From an uncultured Candidatus Saccharibacteria bacterium (GTDB lineage Bacteria > Patescibacteriota > Minisyncoccia > Phycocordibacterales > CAIRYW01): a DNA stretch of 64,000 nucleotides. Within the stretch, counting starts at the first letter, position 1; the number at the start of each line of letters is the position of its first letter. Of the stretch, positions 17,966 through 27,581 are shown one piece after another. The translations under genes were made by a program, and so were the position numbers. Location of the stretch: NCBI GenBank assembly GCA_964446625.1, contig CAYUPH010000003.1, forward strand, positions 192 to 64,191, written 5' to 3'. The notes under the pieces were generated by a model. The model did no database searches. It was not told the origin of the DNA and saw nothing but the letters and a program-made list of their open reading frames with translations.

Positions 17966-19307
17966 GTCGGATTCTGTTTAAGGTTTCCGTCTTGCCGATT
18001 GTACTGCTTATCTGAAATGGATCAGGGGACTTTTCAAGTCCAGAAAGAGCATAGCGAATCGCCCAAAGGACAATCCCCCTTCCCTTTTCTGTTGCAAAAT
18101 CCCATAGCGCGTTTTTAATATTTTCGGATGTAAATTCTTCTTCGGGAATTTCGGAAAGTAAATTTTCGCTTTGCTTTAAAAGTCCGCGCAATTCTTCGTT
18201 AGACACCTCTTTTCCTTTTCGTAGTTTTTCTGGACAAAGAAGCTCACTAATACTTTGGACCGCAGGAGCGCTATAAAAGAAATCAAAATCTCCTGCTTCA
18301 AACAAAGTTTTTACATCTCCCCACTTTGAAATTCGTTCAAAAATAATTGGAATTAGTTTTTCTGTGATCTTGTTTTCTTTGTATTTTTCTGGAATTGCTG
18401 AAAGGACGCCATCTTTTTTCTCCTCTTCAGGGAGAAGCTTCAAATGTTCTTTGTTTATATAATCAAGTTTGTCTCCAGTAAAAACAGCAGGAAATTGCTG
18501 AACACGCTCCAGTGAAAACTTTTGGATAAGTTCTTCTTTTGTAAAGATTTCTTGCTCTCCTCCTGGATTCCAACCAAGGAGAGAAATCGCATTGAGGAGT
18601 GCATCCGGAAGATAACCTTTATCGAGGTATTCACGGACAGGAACCGCACCATTTCTCTTGCCTAGTTTCTTTTTGTTCTCTCCGAGAATTGTTGGAAAGT
18701 GTCCGTAAAATGGAATCGGCGCACCGAGGGCTTCCAAAATAATCATTTGGCGGGGCGTTGAAGTGACATGGTCTTCACCTCGAAGCACATGAGTAATTCC
18801 CATAAGGTAGTCATCAACAACGACAGTAAAGTGGTAAAGCGGATCTGTAATTGACCGTGCAATTATAAAATCAATGTTTCCTTTGTCGTCTTTAAAGGAG
18901 TCAGAAGAAATTTTAATTTCACCTTTTACAAGGTCCTTCCATACAATATCTTTTGCGGTATTTCTAATACGAATTACTTTACCAGTTCCCGATTGGTTTT
19001 CTTCTGCTTCGTAGGCTTTATCTTCTTTGATAAGTCTGCGAAGTTCTTTTTCATAAATGTCTTTCCTTTGCGATTGGTAGTAGGGACCTTCGTCAAAATC
19101 GAGACCGAGGACCTTTAGAACCTCCATCTGTTTTTTATCGGCTCCTTCTTTGTTTCGGGCTGTGTCAGTGTCCTCAAATCGAAGCACAATTTCACCCTCC
19201 TTTTGCCTTGCAAATAGGTAGTTAAATACAAACGTTCGTACATTACCAAAATGCCACTCTCCAGTAGGTGACGGCGGAAAACGGACTTTTATCTTTTTTG
19301 CCTCCAT
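17949..19307 (-). CDS. gltX: glutamyl-tRNA synthetase
   Basis: RFPPSPTGEWHFGNVRT (HIGH region of class I GluRS) and KLGKRNGA in the KMSKS region. Confidence 0.85.
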   Translation of the reverse strand: MEAKKIKVRFPPSPTGEWHFGNVRTFVFNYLFARQKEGEIVLRFEDTDTARNKEGADKKQMEVLKVLGLDFDEGPYYQSQRKDIYEKELRRLIKEDKAYEAEENQSGTGKVIRIRNTAKDIVWKDLVKGEIKISSDSFKDDKGNIDFIIARSITDPLYHFTVVVDDYLMGITHVLRGEDHVTSTPRQMIILEALGAPIPFYGHFPTILGENKKKLGKRNGAVPVREYLDKGYLPDALLNAISLLGWNPGGEQEIFTKEELIQKFSLERVQQFPAVFTGDKLDYINKEHLKLLPEEEKKDGVLSAIPEKYKENKITEKLIPIIFERISKWGDVKTLFEAGDFDFFYSAPAVQSISELLCPEKLRKGKEVSNEELRGLLKQSENLLSEIPEEEFTSENIKNALWDFATEKGRGIVLWAIRYALSGLEKSPDPFQISSTIGKTETLNRIRHAAEK

Positions 19308-19361
19308 ATATAAAGGTGATTATAGCAAAAAAAAAGGAAAAAATCAGCCCAAAAAAGAGCT

Positions 19362-20492
19362 TTATTTTTCGTGAGTAAGTGCAATATCAACTAGCATTTC
19401 AGCAATTTTTCGTGCTGCGTCAGGCTTTGCAAAGGAGAGTGCACCCTCTCTCATTCGAGTAGCACGGTCCGGATTGTCTAGGATGTTGTTTATTTCTGTA
19501 AGGAGAATTTCAGGTGTCATATTGTTTTCCTCAATAACTATAGCTCCACCACTTCGCGCATAGTTATAAGAGTTTTTTCGCTGGTGGTCTCCATTTGAAT
19601 CTGTAATTGGAATGAGGATTGATGGAATACCCCACATAGCGATTTCAAAAATTGTTGAACCTCCTCTTGAAACAATAAGGTTGGTCACAGATGCCGACAT
19701 GCGAAGTGCAAGTGGATTCAAGTAGTCATAAAGGTGATAGCGGGACTTGTGTTCGTGTCCTTCAAGAGAAATTTTTGTCATTCCCTCGATTTCAGGGAAA
19801 TTTACTTTTCCAGTTTGATGAATGATCTGGTAACGGTCAAGAAGAAAAGGGAGTGCATCCACAATGCAGTTATTTATTTTTTGAGCTCCAAGGGAACCAC
19901 CCATAACAAGGATAATGGGCACACCTTTTTCGAGTCCTAGGTATTCGTGTGCCCCATCGCTTTTTGGATCCATGATTTCTTTTCGAAGTGGATTTCCGGT
20001 CCATGCAACTTTGTCCTTATCAAAATATTCTGCTGCTTCAGCAAAGGCAATAGCTACCCTGTTTGCAAACTTTCCTGCTTTTAGATTTGCTCTCCCTGGA
20101 ACACTGTCGCTCTCATGGATGACGATTGGAATACCAAGAATTTTTCCTGCAAAGACAACTGGAATACTCATAAAACCTCCTTTGCTAAAAATGATGTCTG
20201 GAAAGATTGAGAATACTTTAAAAAAACTTTCTATGAAGCCAAGTGCGGTAAGCAGTAGGTCAGGAATGTTTTGAAGAAAATTATAATTGCGTCGCATTTT
20301 TCCTGCGTGGATTTTGTGGAACTCAATCTCATTATCAAAAAGCATTCCTGCATTGTAGGGACTCGGCGCTAGGTAGTGTATTTTTGCTTGAAGAAGTTTT
20401 CGGTCACGAATAACATCTCTAATCGCTTCAGTTACTGCGATGAGTGGATAAAAATGTCCTCCTGAACCTCCTCCTGCAAGTATTATTTTCAT
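19362..20492 (-). CDS. murG: UDP-GlcNAc:lipid I GlcNAc transferase MurG
   Basis: MKIILAGGGSGGHFYPLIAV… is the MurG N-terminal glycine-rich motif. 376 aa. Confidence 0.85.
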   Translation of the reverse strand: MKIILAGGGSGGHFYPLIAVTEAIRDVIRDRKLLQAKIHYLAPSPYNAGMLFDNEIEFHKIHAGKMRRNYNFLQNIPDLLLTALGFIESFFKVFSIFPDIIFSKGGFMSIPVVFAGKILGIPIVIHESDSVPGRANLKAGKFANRVAIAFAEAAEYFDKDKVAWTGNPLRKEIMDPKSDGAHEYLGLEKGVPIILVMGGSLGAQKINNCIVDALPFLLDRYQIIHQTGKVNFPEIEGMTKISLEGHEHKSRYHLYDYLNPLALRMSASVTNLIVSRGGSTIFEIAMWGIPSILIPITDSNGDHQRKNSYNYARSGGAIVIEENNMTPEILLTEINNILDNPDRATRMREGALSFAKPDAARKIAEMLVDIALTHEK

Positions 20493-20495
20493 AAA

Positions 20496-21593
20496 TTATG
20501 TGCGTTTAATATGTCTTGAGATACTAAGTATGATTCCAACTTCGGCAAGCGTGATAAAGAGTGCTGTTCCTCCGTGACTAATGAAAAGAAGCGGAGTTCC
20601 AGAGAGCGGAAAGATACCGAGCATCGCAGCAATGTTTACAAACGATTCTGCGATTATAAGTATAACAATTCCAAGTGTAAGTAGTCTACCAAAGTCATCC
20701 GAGGCGCCTACTGCAATCTTGAGTCCTCTTACAGCAAAAAAGACAAAAAGGAGAATAATAAGTACACTCCCTAAGAGTCCGAACTCTTCGCTTGCAACAG
20801 CAAAAATTGAGTCTCCAATTGGTTCAGGAAGGAAGCTAAACTTTTGGGTGCTTTGACCAAAGCCTTTTCCAAAAATTCCTCCAGAGCCGATTGCAATAAG
20901 TGACTGTTGGATTTGGTAACCAGAAGAAAGTGAATTAGCGGAAGGATGAATAAATGTTTTTATTCGCTCTCTTACATACGGGCGCATTGCAATAATACCC
21001 CCTATCCCAACGAGCCCCACAAGACCAATAATGAGAAGATCCTTTTTACTTGCTCCTGCTGCAAAATACATCGAGAGGCCTGCGAGGACAGTAATCATAA
21101 GTGTGTCATTGTCTGGTTGAAGAAGAAGAAGGACGGCAGCGATTCCTGTAATTACTCCAAAAGGAATGAGTCCGTATGCAAAATGATTTAATCTACTTTT
21201 GTGTTTTGAAAGCCAAAGAGCGAGGTACATGACATAACCAATCTTTAGTGCTTCTGAAGGTTGGAAGTTAAAGCCAGCAATTTGTATCCACCTTTTTGCA
21301 CCCCCGTGCTCCCATCCAATTCCTGGAACAAAAACGAGCGCAGTCAAAATAAGTGAAAAAATAAAAATCACAAGAGACCATTTTTTCCAGAACTTATGCG
21401 GAATAGTCATTGCGACAAATAGTGCAACGAATCCAAGGCAAAGACCAAAGAAAAATTGGTTCGAAGCAATTGCGGTAAACTTTGCTTCTGATCGTGCAAG
21501 AATCCCAAGAGAAGCAGAAGAGAAAATAAAAAAACCTGCAATAGCAAGGATAACAATACTAAAGAAGAATGGTTTATCGATTTTCTTTTTCAT
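20496..21593 (-). CDS. ftsW: SEDS-family peptidoglycan glycosyltransferase FtsW/RodA
   Basis: About 10 TM helices, conserved C-terminus, and a dcw-cluster position between mraY and murG. Confidence 0.8.
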   Translation of the reverse strand: MKKKIDKPFFFSIVILAIAGFFIFSSASLGILARSEAKFTAIASNQFFFGLCLGFVALFVAMTIPHKFWKKWSLVIFIFSLILTALVFVPGIGWEHGGAKRWIQIAGFNFQPSEALKIGYVMYLALWLSKHKSRLNHFAYGLIPFGVITGIAAVLLLLQPDNDTLMITVLAGLSMYFAAGASKKDLLIIGLVGLVGIGGIIAMRPYVRERIKTFIHPSANSLSSGYQIQQSLIAIGSGGIFGKGFGQSTQKFSFLPEPIGDSIFAVASEEFGLLGSVLIILLFVFFAVRGLKIAVGASDDFGRLLTLGIVILIIAESFVNIAAMLGIFPLSGTPLLFISHGGTALFITLAEVGIILSISRHIKRT

Positions 21594-22645
21594 TATCTAA
21601 GAAGAAGAGCTAGTGACATACCAATAATTCCCATGATAAAGGAAATAATCCAATATCGCATAGTAACCTTTGGACCACTCCAGCCGAGTGCTTCAAAGTG
21701 ATGGTGAAGAGGAGCAACAAGAAAAACTTTTTTACCGCGAATTTTTTTTGAGAAGATCTGAATAAGATCAGAGAGAGTTGTAAGAACAAGTGGCAGAGCA
21801 ATTATTGGAAGCGCTAAAAGTCCATGTCCCTCCCCTAGCCTGTCCGTCATAAAAGCGACAACTGTAAGAGTGATTGTGAGTGCCATTGTTCCTGTTTCTG
21901 ACATATAGAAACGAGCTGGTGGAATGTTGAACCAAAGAAATGCGAGGATCCCTCCTGCAACGGCAGCAGAAAAAGCTGCGAGGTCGATTTGGTGTTGAAA
22001 GAATGCGATTCCAGAGTACGAGGCAAATGCAATTGCGAAAACGCCACCAGCAAGACCGTCGATTCCATCAATCACTCCTCCAGAATACATAAAAAGCATC
22101 ACAAGCATAACGAGGACAATCACCCATGGACCTAGAAAGAGTTCGTGTCCGTCAAAAAGTGCAATTGAAGTAATGTCTAGCCTGCTGTAAAACCAGAAAC
22201 CAACAAAGAGTCCAATGAGTGCAACAGCGGTTAGTCTTTTTCGAAGCGAAAGTCCTCCGGCTTTGTAACTTCCGTTTCCTTTGATTTCAAGAACATCATC
22301 AATGAGTCCTATAAATGCGCCAAGGAGAAGTGTTGCAAAAGGAATCCATGTTTGATTTCGAGAAACAAAACCGAGGTCATCAAAACCAAAAGCAAAAAGA
22401 ATAACTGTTGTGAGAATTACTGAAAGCCATACAACACTCCCACCAAGCCGTGGTGTCCCTACTTCTTTTTCTTTGTGGAGTTCATTAAAAATCGGAGTGT
22501 CCTTTCCATCAATACCAACCTTACCAGACTTTTTCTTCCACATTTTATGTTTGTAGAGGAAATCTGTAATAAAAGGTGTGAGGAATAGTCCTCCAAAGAA
22601 TGAAAGTGCAACTGCTACAAATACTTTTATGATACTGTCTGTCAT
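21593..22645 (-). CDS. mraY: phospho-N-acetylmuramoyl-pentapeptide transferase MraY
   Basis: GLIDDVLEIK and other MraY cytoplasmic-loop motifs. 350 aa polytopic protein. Confidence 0.85.
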   Translation of the reverse strand: MTDSIIKVFVAVALSFFGGLFLTPFITDFLYKHKMWKKKSGKVGIDGKDTPIFNELHKEKEVGTPRLGGSVVWLSVILTTVILFAFGFDDLGFVSRNQTWIPFATLLLGAFIGLIDDVLEIKGNGSYKAGGLSLRKRLTAVALIGLFVGFWFYSRLDITSIALFDGHELFLGPWVIVLVMLVMLFMYSGGVIDGIDGLAGGVFAIAFASYSGIAFFQHQIDLAAFSAAVAGGILAFLWFNIPPARFYMSETGTMALTITLTVVAFMTDRLGEGHGLLALPIIALPLVLTTLSDLIQIFSKKIRGKKVFLVAPLHHHFEALGWSGPKVTMRYWIISFIMGIIGMSLALLLR

Positions 22646-22648
22646 ATA

Positions 22649-23218
22649 TTATTCTTTATTTTCTTCATTTGCTTCTGCAGTAGCTTCTTCGTCTGCTCCT
22701 TTTTCAAACTCCTCAATTTTCTTTCGAAGAGAATCGAACTCGGGCATGTCTTCTAATTTTGAAACACCAAGGTGCGACAAAAGATCAAAAGTGCCTTTGT
22801 AAAGATAAGTTCTTTTGTCATTTGGGTCCGGTACACGCTCGACGAGTCCACGCATTTCAAGGTGACGCAAGATAAACTGACTGTTCACTCCTCGGATATA
22901 GTCAATATAAGAACGCTTAAGTGGTCCCGCATAGAGAATGATGGCAAGAGTCTCAAGAGACGCTTTTGAAAGTTCTTTTGATAGCTCGTCTCTGCGCATT
23001 TCCTCTATGAATTTGCTAGCCTCTGGCGAGGTTCCTAGACAGTATTCTCCATCTTTTGAGAGAAGTACAATACCGCCAGTAAGCCTCGCTTCTAGGGCCT
23101 TTAAACCCTCTAAAACAGCCTCTTTTGGAGCGCTAAGTGTATTTGAAAGCTCACCTACTGACATAGGCTCATTTTTCCAAAAAAGGACCGCTTCAAGACT
23201 ACTTGCAATATCGTTCAT
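22649..23218 (-). CDS. scpB: segregation and condensation protein B
   Basis: LEAVLFWKNEPMSVGEL… is the ScpB winged-helix N-domain. 189 aa. Confidence 0.8.
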   Translation of the reverse strand: MNDIASSLEAVLFWKNEPMSVGELSNTLSAPKEAVLEGLKALEARLTGGIVLLSKDGEYCLGTSPEASKFIEEMRRDELSKELSKASLETLAIILYAGPLKRSYIDYIRGVNSQFILRHLEMRGLVERVPDPNDKRTYLYKGTFDLLSHLGVSKLEDMPEFDSLRKKIEEFEKGADEEATAEANEENKE

Positions 23219-23260
23219 GTGGTTTTATTTTACTTGATTTTAAGCTCTTATCCAAACTGT

Positions 23261-23998
23261 TTATCCATAGTGCGGGAGGCCTACTTCTTTGCTTTCAATA
23301 TGTATATCTTCAAAGTGAGCGTGTTGCGATACGTCTACTATCCCCTGCTTTACAAGTTCAAGCATGGCAAGGAAGCCTACAATCACTTCAACTTTCTGTT
23401 CTTTGCTAACGGGCTTTCCGCCTGTAAATTCTCGAAAACTCATTTTTATTGCCCCCTTTACTTTCTCTGCTAGTTTTTCAATCATTTCTTCAATCGTAAT
23501 CACTTTTTTAATTACAGCGGTCTGAATTTTTTCTTTTTTTGGAATCGAGTTAAGTAGTGTATGTAGAAGAAGACTTAGGGATACTTTTTCTATTGACTTA
23601 TGTGGCGCAAAAACAACTTCGCCCTTTGTTTTAAACTCAGCAAAGAAGATTGGGTTTTTCCCAAACCTCTCTTTTATAATTTCTCCGAGCTCTTTTGCCT
23701 TTTTGAGGAGCTCTAGTCTTTTTTCTAGCTGGTCTATACTCTGTTCTTCCTCTTCTGAAAGCGAAAGGTTTGGTAGTAGAGAACGAGATTTTATAAGAAG
23801 AAGAGTTGAGGCAATAACAATAAAATCAGTTTTCTCTTCAACTGCGTCCCCGGGAATAGTTTCTGCATAAGCAATAAACTCGTCTGTAATTTTTGAGAGC
23901 GAAAACTCATTGATAAGAAGCTTTCTCTTTTCAATAAGTGAGAGTAGTAAATCGAGCGGTCCTTCGAATTGTTCTGTTTTAATACGAAAGTCGTCCAT
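23261..23998 (-). CDS. scpA: segregation and condensation protein A
   Basis: FEGPLDLLLSLIEKRKL… is the ScpA kleisin signature. Confidence 0.8.
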   Translation of the reverse strand: MDDFRIKTEQFEGPLDLLLSLIEKRKLLINEFSLSKITDEFIAYAETIPGDAVEEKTDFIVIASTLLLIKSRSLLPNLSLSEEEEQSIDQLEKRLELLKKAKELGEIIKERFGKNPIFFAEFKTKGEVVFAPHKSIEKVSLSLLLHTLLNSIPKKEKIQTAVIKKVITIEEMIEKLAEKVKGAIKMSFREFTGGKPVSKEQKVEVIVGFLAMLELVKQGIVDVSQHAHFEDIHIESKEVGLPHYG

Positions 23999-24069
23999 TT
24001 GGACATTATATCATGGAGAGGATTGTGGCTTGAAAAAAGCTGAGTTTAATATATTCTAGCGACAGGGCT

Positions 24070-24330
24070 ATGAAAAAAACACCTTCTTTTTACGGCTATA
24101 GATTGAAGCTGCTTTTGTGGTATGAACAAGCTTTATATGCTTTACTTACTGCTCTGATGGTTCCAGCTTCACTTTTAGTAGCATTCTTTCCTGTGCCAAC
24201 GGAGCTGTTTGAAAAATACAAAGTGACCGCGGGCAGTTCAATTCTTTTTATGCTCGCATTCTCTCTATTGTGTTTTTCTTTGGAATGCCAAGCACACGAA
24301 GATTATCGCCGACGGCACGAAGATGAGTGA
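24070..24330 (+). CDS. hypothetical small membrane protein
   Basis: 86 aa with two TM helices. Confidence 0.3.
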   Translation: MKKTPSFYGYRLKLLLWYEQALYALLTALMVPASLLVAFFPVPTELFEKYKVTAGSSILFMLAFSLLCFSLECQAHEDYRRRHEDE

Positions 24331-24340
24331 GTCGGTTTTT

Positions 24341-25690
24341 TTAATTCTCTCCCCCTCCCATTTCTACGAACCTTTCGTCGATTCGTTCCATGTCTCGTGG
24401 GAACATTGAAGCTTCTCTAATATTTTTTAGTCCAAGGAGCTGCATAGTAATTCGTTCCGCACCGAATGCGAATCCACCTTCAGGAGGAGCTCCGTATTTG
24501 AAGGCATCAAGAAACATTTTGATTTTCTTTGGATCCATTTTCCATTCTTCAACATGAGCAAGAAGTTGCTTGTAGTCGTTGATTCGGCGTCCTCCTGAAA
24601 GCCATTCTACTCCTCTGCAAAGTAGGTCCATACCTTCGTTTACTTCTGGATTTTCTTGATTTGGGAAAACATAAAATGGTTTCTTTTTTGTCGGGTATCC
24701 ATACACAAAGACAAAGTCTGATCCTGTTTCATTTTTGATAGCTTCACAAAGGTTTCTTTCGTCTTCTGGGTTTAGGTCTTTTTCTCCACGGACATCTCTG
24801 CCAAAAGTAGTAAAGATTTTTTCTTGCGCTTCTTTGAGGCTAAGGGTCGGGGTTTCTGCAATCATTTCAGGGAGCGTCGCACCAAGGACTCGTAGCTCCT
24901 CGCCACATTTTTCTGCAACATTTTTTAAAATTCTTTTTACTGTTCCTTCTGCCATGTCCCGCACATCCCTCCAGCTTTCAATGAATCCCATTTCTGCATC
25001 AAGAGAAAGGACTTCTGTGAGGTGACGAGTTGTCTGTGAAGGTTCTGCTCGAAAGATTTTGTTTACGGAGAAAACTCGCTCGAAGGCTGTCATGACAATT
25101 TGTTTGTAAAGCTGTGGGCTCTGTGAAAGGAAGGCTTTGTGGTCAAAGTAGTCAATTTGAAAAACTTCGCTTCCTCCCTCTGCAACCGCTGGGGTAATTG
25201 AGGGTGCATAAAACTCAAAGAAATTATTTTCTTTCATGTATTCTCTAAAAGAGTCAACGATTACATTTTGAACCTTAAAGATTGATTGGTACTTTGCGTG
25301 CCTTAGAGTAAGTGCTCGGTGATCAAGTTGCACCGGAAGCTCTGGCTCTAGGTTGTCTCCTCCCATATCAAATGGAAGCGACTCGGCTTCTGCAAGAATG
25401 TTTATCCCAAGGATTTCGAGTTCGACGGAACCATTCATTTTGCCTGCTACTTTGTTTTTTTCTGGGCGCTCGTTTACTTTTCCTGTAACCTCTACAACCC
25501 ATTCTTGTCTTACTTTCTCTGCATTTTCTTTTGCGCTAGAGCCAGGAAGAACAACTCCTTGTACTTTTCCTGTCATGTCACGTATGTCGAGAAATATCAG
25601 TTTTCCTTGGTCCCTTCGTACATGCACCCAGCCTTTTACGGTTACTTCCTCCCCTACTTTTGATCCTATGTCTTTGATTAGTGTTCTCAT
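24341..25690 (-). CDS. aspS: class IIb aminoacyl-tRNA synthetase, probably aspartyl-tRNA synthetase (archaeal-type / non-discriminating)
   Basis: N-terminal OB anticodon-binding domain, motif 2 FRAEPSQTTRHLTEVLSLDAEMGF, motif 3 GFAFGAERITM. The upstream T-box UGGC bulge and GAU-A specifier candidate support Asp, but Asn is not excluded. Confidence 0.65.
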   Translation of the reverse strand: MRTLIKDIGSKVGEEVTVKGWVHVRRDQGKLIFLDIRDMTGKVQGVVLPGSSAKENAEKVRQEWVVEVTGKVNERPEKNKVAGKMNGSVELEILGINILAEAESLPFDMGGDNLEPELPVQLDHRALTLRHAKYQSIFKVQNVIVDSFREYMKENNFFEFYAPSITPAVAEGGSEVFQIDYFDHKAFLSQSPQLYKQIVMTAFERVFSVNKIFRAEPSQTTRHLTEVLSLDAEMGFIESWRDVRDMAEGTVKRILKNVAEKCGEELRVLGATLPEMIAETPTLSLKEAQEKIFTTFGRDVRGEKDLNPEDERNLCEAIKNETGSDFVFVYGYPTKKKPFYVFPNQENPEVNEGMDLLCRGVEWLSGGRRINDYKQLLAHVEEWKMDPKKIKMFLDAFKYGAPPEGGFAFGAERITMQLLGLKNIREASMFPRDMERIDERFVEMGGGEN

Positions 25691-26130
25691 TTTTTAAAAA
25701 ATAAATAATAAAGAAAAATCGCCCCTGAAAAACTAACATTGTTAGTTTTTCAGGGGCGATTACGAGTATCGCGGTGCCACCCTGATTTGTAACTCATTTG
25801 TAGGGTTCTACTGTGAAGGATTCCTTCAGTTCTTCCCTGTCCTCGCCGGTGTCTACTCGGGTCGTAGGACTTAATTACTATTGTACACATTTTGTGCCTT
25901 TTGTCATGGGGAGCAAAATGGTGTAGGATTTTTAGTGGCTTGGTTCCATAAAGTGCAAGCGCGAAGGAGTGGTGCCCGTTGGCTGCACTATGGTGCTGAA
26001 TTCTCTTATCCAGGTTTTTTCATGCCTTGAAAGGAGGCTTACCGCGGACATGAAAGCATTCTCTGGATATGTGCGAAGATGCAGAACACTGCGCGGCGGG
26101 AAAAGCGCAGGAGCCCTTGAAGCATCAGCC
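25691..26130 (-). promoter_or_regulatory. T-box riboswitch leader controlling aspS
   Basis: Minus strand carries AAUCAGGGUGGCACCGCG (25770-25788), matching the T-box consensus AAUUAGGGUGGUACCGCG, with a UGGC bulge. AGAGA at ~26060 fits the Stem I AG-bulge/distal-loop region. GGAUAAGAG at ~26003-26011 is a specifier-loop candidate (GAU + A). Terminator hairpin has 21-bp arms (25718-25760) followed by a U-rich tract. Confidence 0.6.
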
Positions 26131-26192
26131 CATTAAAAAAAGAGGGATAAAAGAGAAAATAAAACCCTCACTATAACACTTGATGTTACCTT

Positions 26193-26223
26193 AAGGCGCG
26201 TCATCCTCCGGATGACGCGCCTT
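26193..26223. repeat. perfect 31-bp palindrome
   Basis: aaggcgcgtcatcc-tcc-ggatgacgcgcctt. A weak T-tract follows on the plus strand. Confidence 0.5.
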
Positions 26224-26384
26224 TGACCTTTTACAATTTTAATAAAAGTTATACCATAAATTTGTTTGGAGCTCTTTCTTTGCCTTTTCAGATGTCAAAG
26301 TTAGTCAGGGTGTGGGTCGTCTGTCTAGGTGAAGTTTCGGTGTGTGTTTGGTAGGTTTAAAAGCACACTGAATTGAGCTTCAAG

Positions 26385-26430
26385 AGCTGGTTTCTGCGGC
26401 AGCGGAAACCAGCTTCTCTCTTTTTTATAC
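26385..26430 (+). terminator. strong plus-strand intrinsic terminator with no gene upstream
   Basis: gagctggtttc-tgcggcagcg-gaaaccagctt followed by ctctctttttt. The plus-strand region to its left has no ORF. Confidence 0.6.
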
Positions 26431-26593
26431 AAAGTATCTAGGAATAGTCTGTTAGAATTATTGTAGCAAGGCATATTTCATAACTATACGAGAAAGTCAG
26501 GAAAGACTGTGGGTACGAGTTGTGCTCACATTTCTCGTTCTTGCTCATGGGCGCCTAGGTTTTACCTGGGCGCCCTAGCTTCATTTAGGCTAT

Positions 26594-26622
26594 TGACACT
26601 TTTATATTTTTAATTTAGTATT
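26594..26622 (+). promoter_or_regulatory. consensus sigma70 promoter TTGACA-17-TAGTAT with no ORF downstream
   Basis: Read directly. The ~150 nt downstream hold no ORF over 9 codons and end at hairpin 26744-26773. Confidence 0.45.
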
Positions 26623-26782
26623 CCGAACGGATTCAAAGTGCTTAGAGATGACTGCGCAAAAACACAGAAAATAGACGTGTAGTCAGGCTTCCCCATCCTC
26701 GCTGATGTTGGGAGTTAGACTCTCTTGAGTATTTTGACCAAACCGCCGCGCGTTCCTACCGGGACGCGCGGCAATTCCTTTC

Positions 26783-27337
26783 TTAGAGCCTTACCTTCCG
26801 AAGTCTTTTCCTTGCTTCCTCGTAGTCTGGAAGTATACTCCGAACCTCATTCCAAAAAAGCTTTCCATGATTCATTTGTCTGAGGTGGCACAGTTCGTGA
26901 ACCACAATGTAGTCAAAAAGGTCCTCTGGGAGTGCGTGCATTTTAATATTAAAATTTAAATTCCCACTTACGGAACAACTTCCCCACCTCGAAGACATTT
27001 TTTTAATACTTATCTTTTTGTAGATAAACCCATACTTCGTAGCATAGGCTTCTACTTTTTTGGTGACTATTTCGAGAACCTCTTTTCGTAGTTTCTGAAG
27101 TTCCTTCTTCCCTATCTTTTGTTTCTCTTCTTTTGGTGACTTTTCAATTTGCTCTTTTATCCACGGAGCTTTCTCTTTGAGAAATTTTTCAATAAGAAAA
27201 AGTGGTACATACCGAGGTGCACCGACTTTTACCTTTCCTCCTGGAGCGACTGTGACCCGTATACTTCGAGCCCCGCGTCTTTTCACAAGTGTGTATTCGA
27301 AACTCTCCTCTCCTTTTCCGAGCCTTTTTAACTCCAT
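26783..27337 (-). CDS. YgjP-like (DUF45) zinc metallopeptidase-fold protein
   Basis: HELCHL (HExxH) near the C-terminus, preceded by RWGSC; matches the YgjP/DUF45 pattern. Confidence 0.55.
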   Translation of the reverse strand: MELKRLGKGEESFEYTLVKRRGARSIRVTVAPGGKVKVGAPRYVPLFLIEKFLKEKAPWIKEQIEKSPKEEKQKIGKKELQKLRKEVLEIVTKKVEAYATKYGFIYKKISIKKMSSRWGSCSVSGNLNFNIKMHALPEDLFDYIVVHELCHLRQMNHGKLFWNEVRSILPDYEEARKRLRKVRL

Positions 27338-27577
27338 TTATTTCTTTTTCCAACGGGGAGCGAAACGAATCATAAAGGTAAAGAATTTTGCTTTTAGTAC
27401 AGACATGCCGTCACGACGCATTTGTTCGTAGCACACCTTTTGAAAACCTTTTAGGTCACCCTCATAACATAGCTTTCCGTTTTTGTAGCAGAGACTACAA
27501 TAGTCCGCGGATTCGCGTACTCCAGGGTCCTTCTCAAATGGCATCAGACAGCTTTTACAATTATTGTCGCATTTCAT
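27338..27577 (-). CDS. zinc-ribbon domain protein
   Basis: CDNNCKSC…YCSLCYKNGKLC Cys clusters. Start moved to the internal MKCDNN because the track's upstream extension is low-complexity. Confidence 0.4.
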   Translation of the reverse strand: MKCDNNCKSCLMPFEKDPGVRESADYCSLCYKNGKLCYEGDLKGFQKVCYEQMRRDGMSVLKAKFFTFMIRFAPRWKKK

Positions 27578-27581
27578 ATAT

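Noticed and set aside
26052-26141. 29-codon plus-strand ORF (MKAFSGYVRRCRTLRGGKSAGALEASAH) with AGGAGG 12 nt upstream
   Set aside because: It lies antisense to the T-box Stem I region and has no conservation evidence. Arg/Gly-rich composition is typical of random GC-rich antisense frames.
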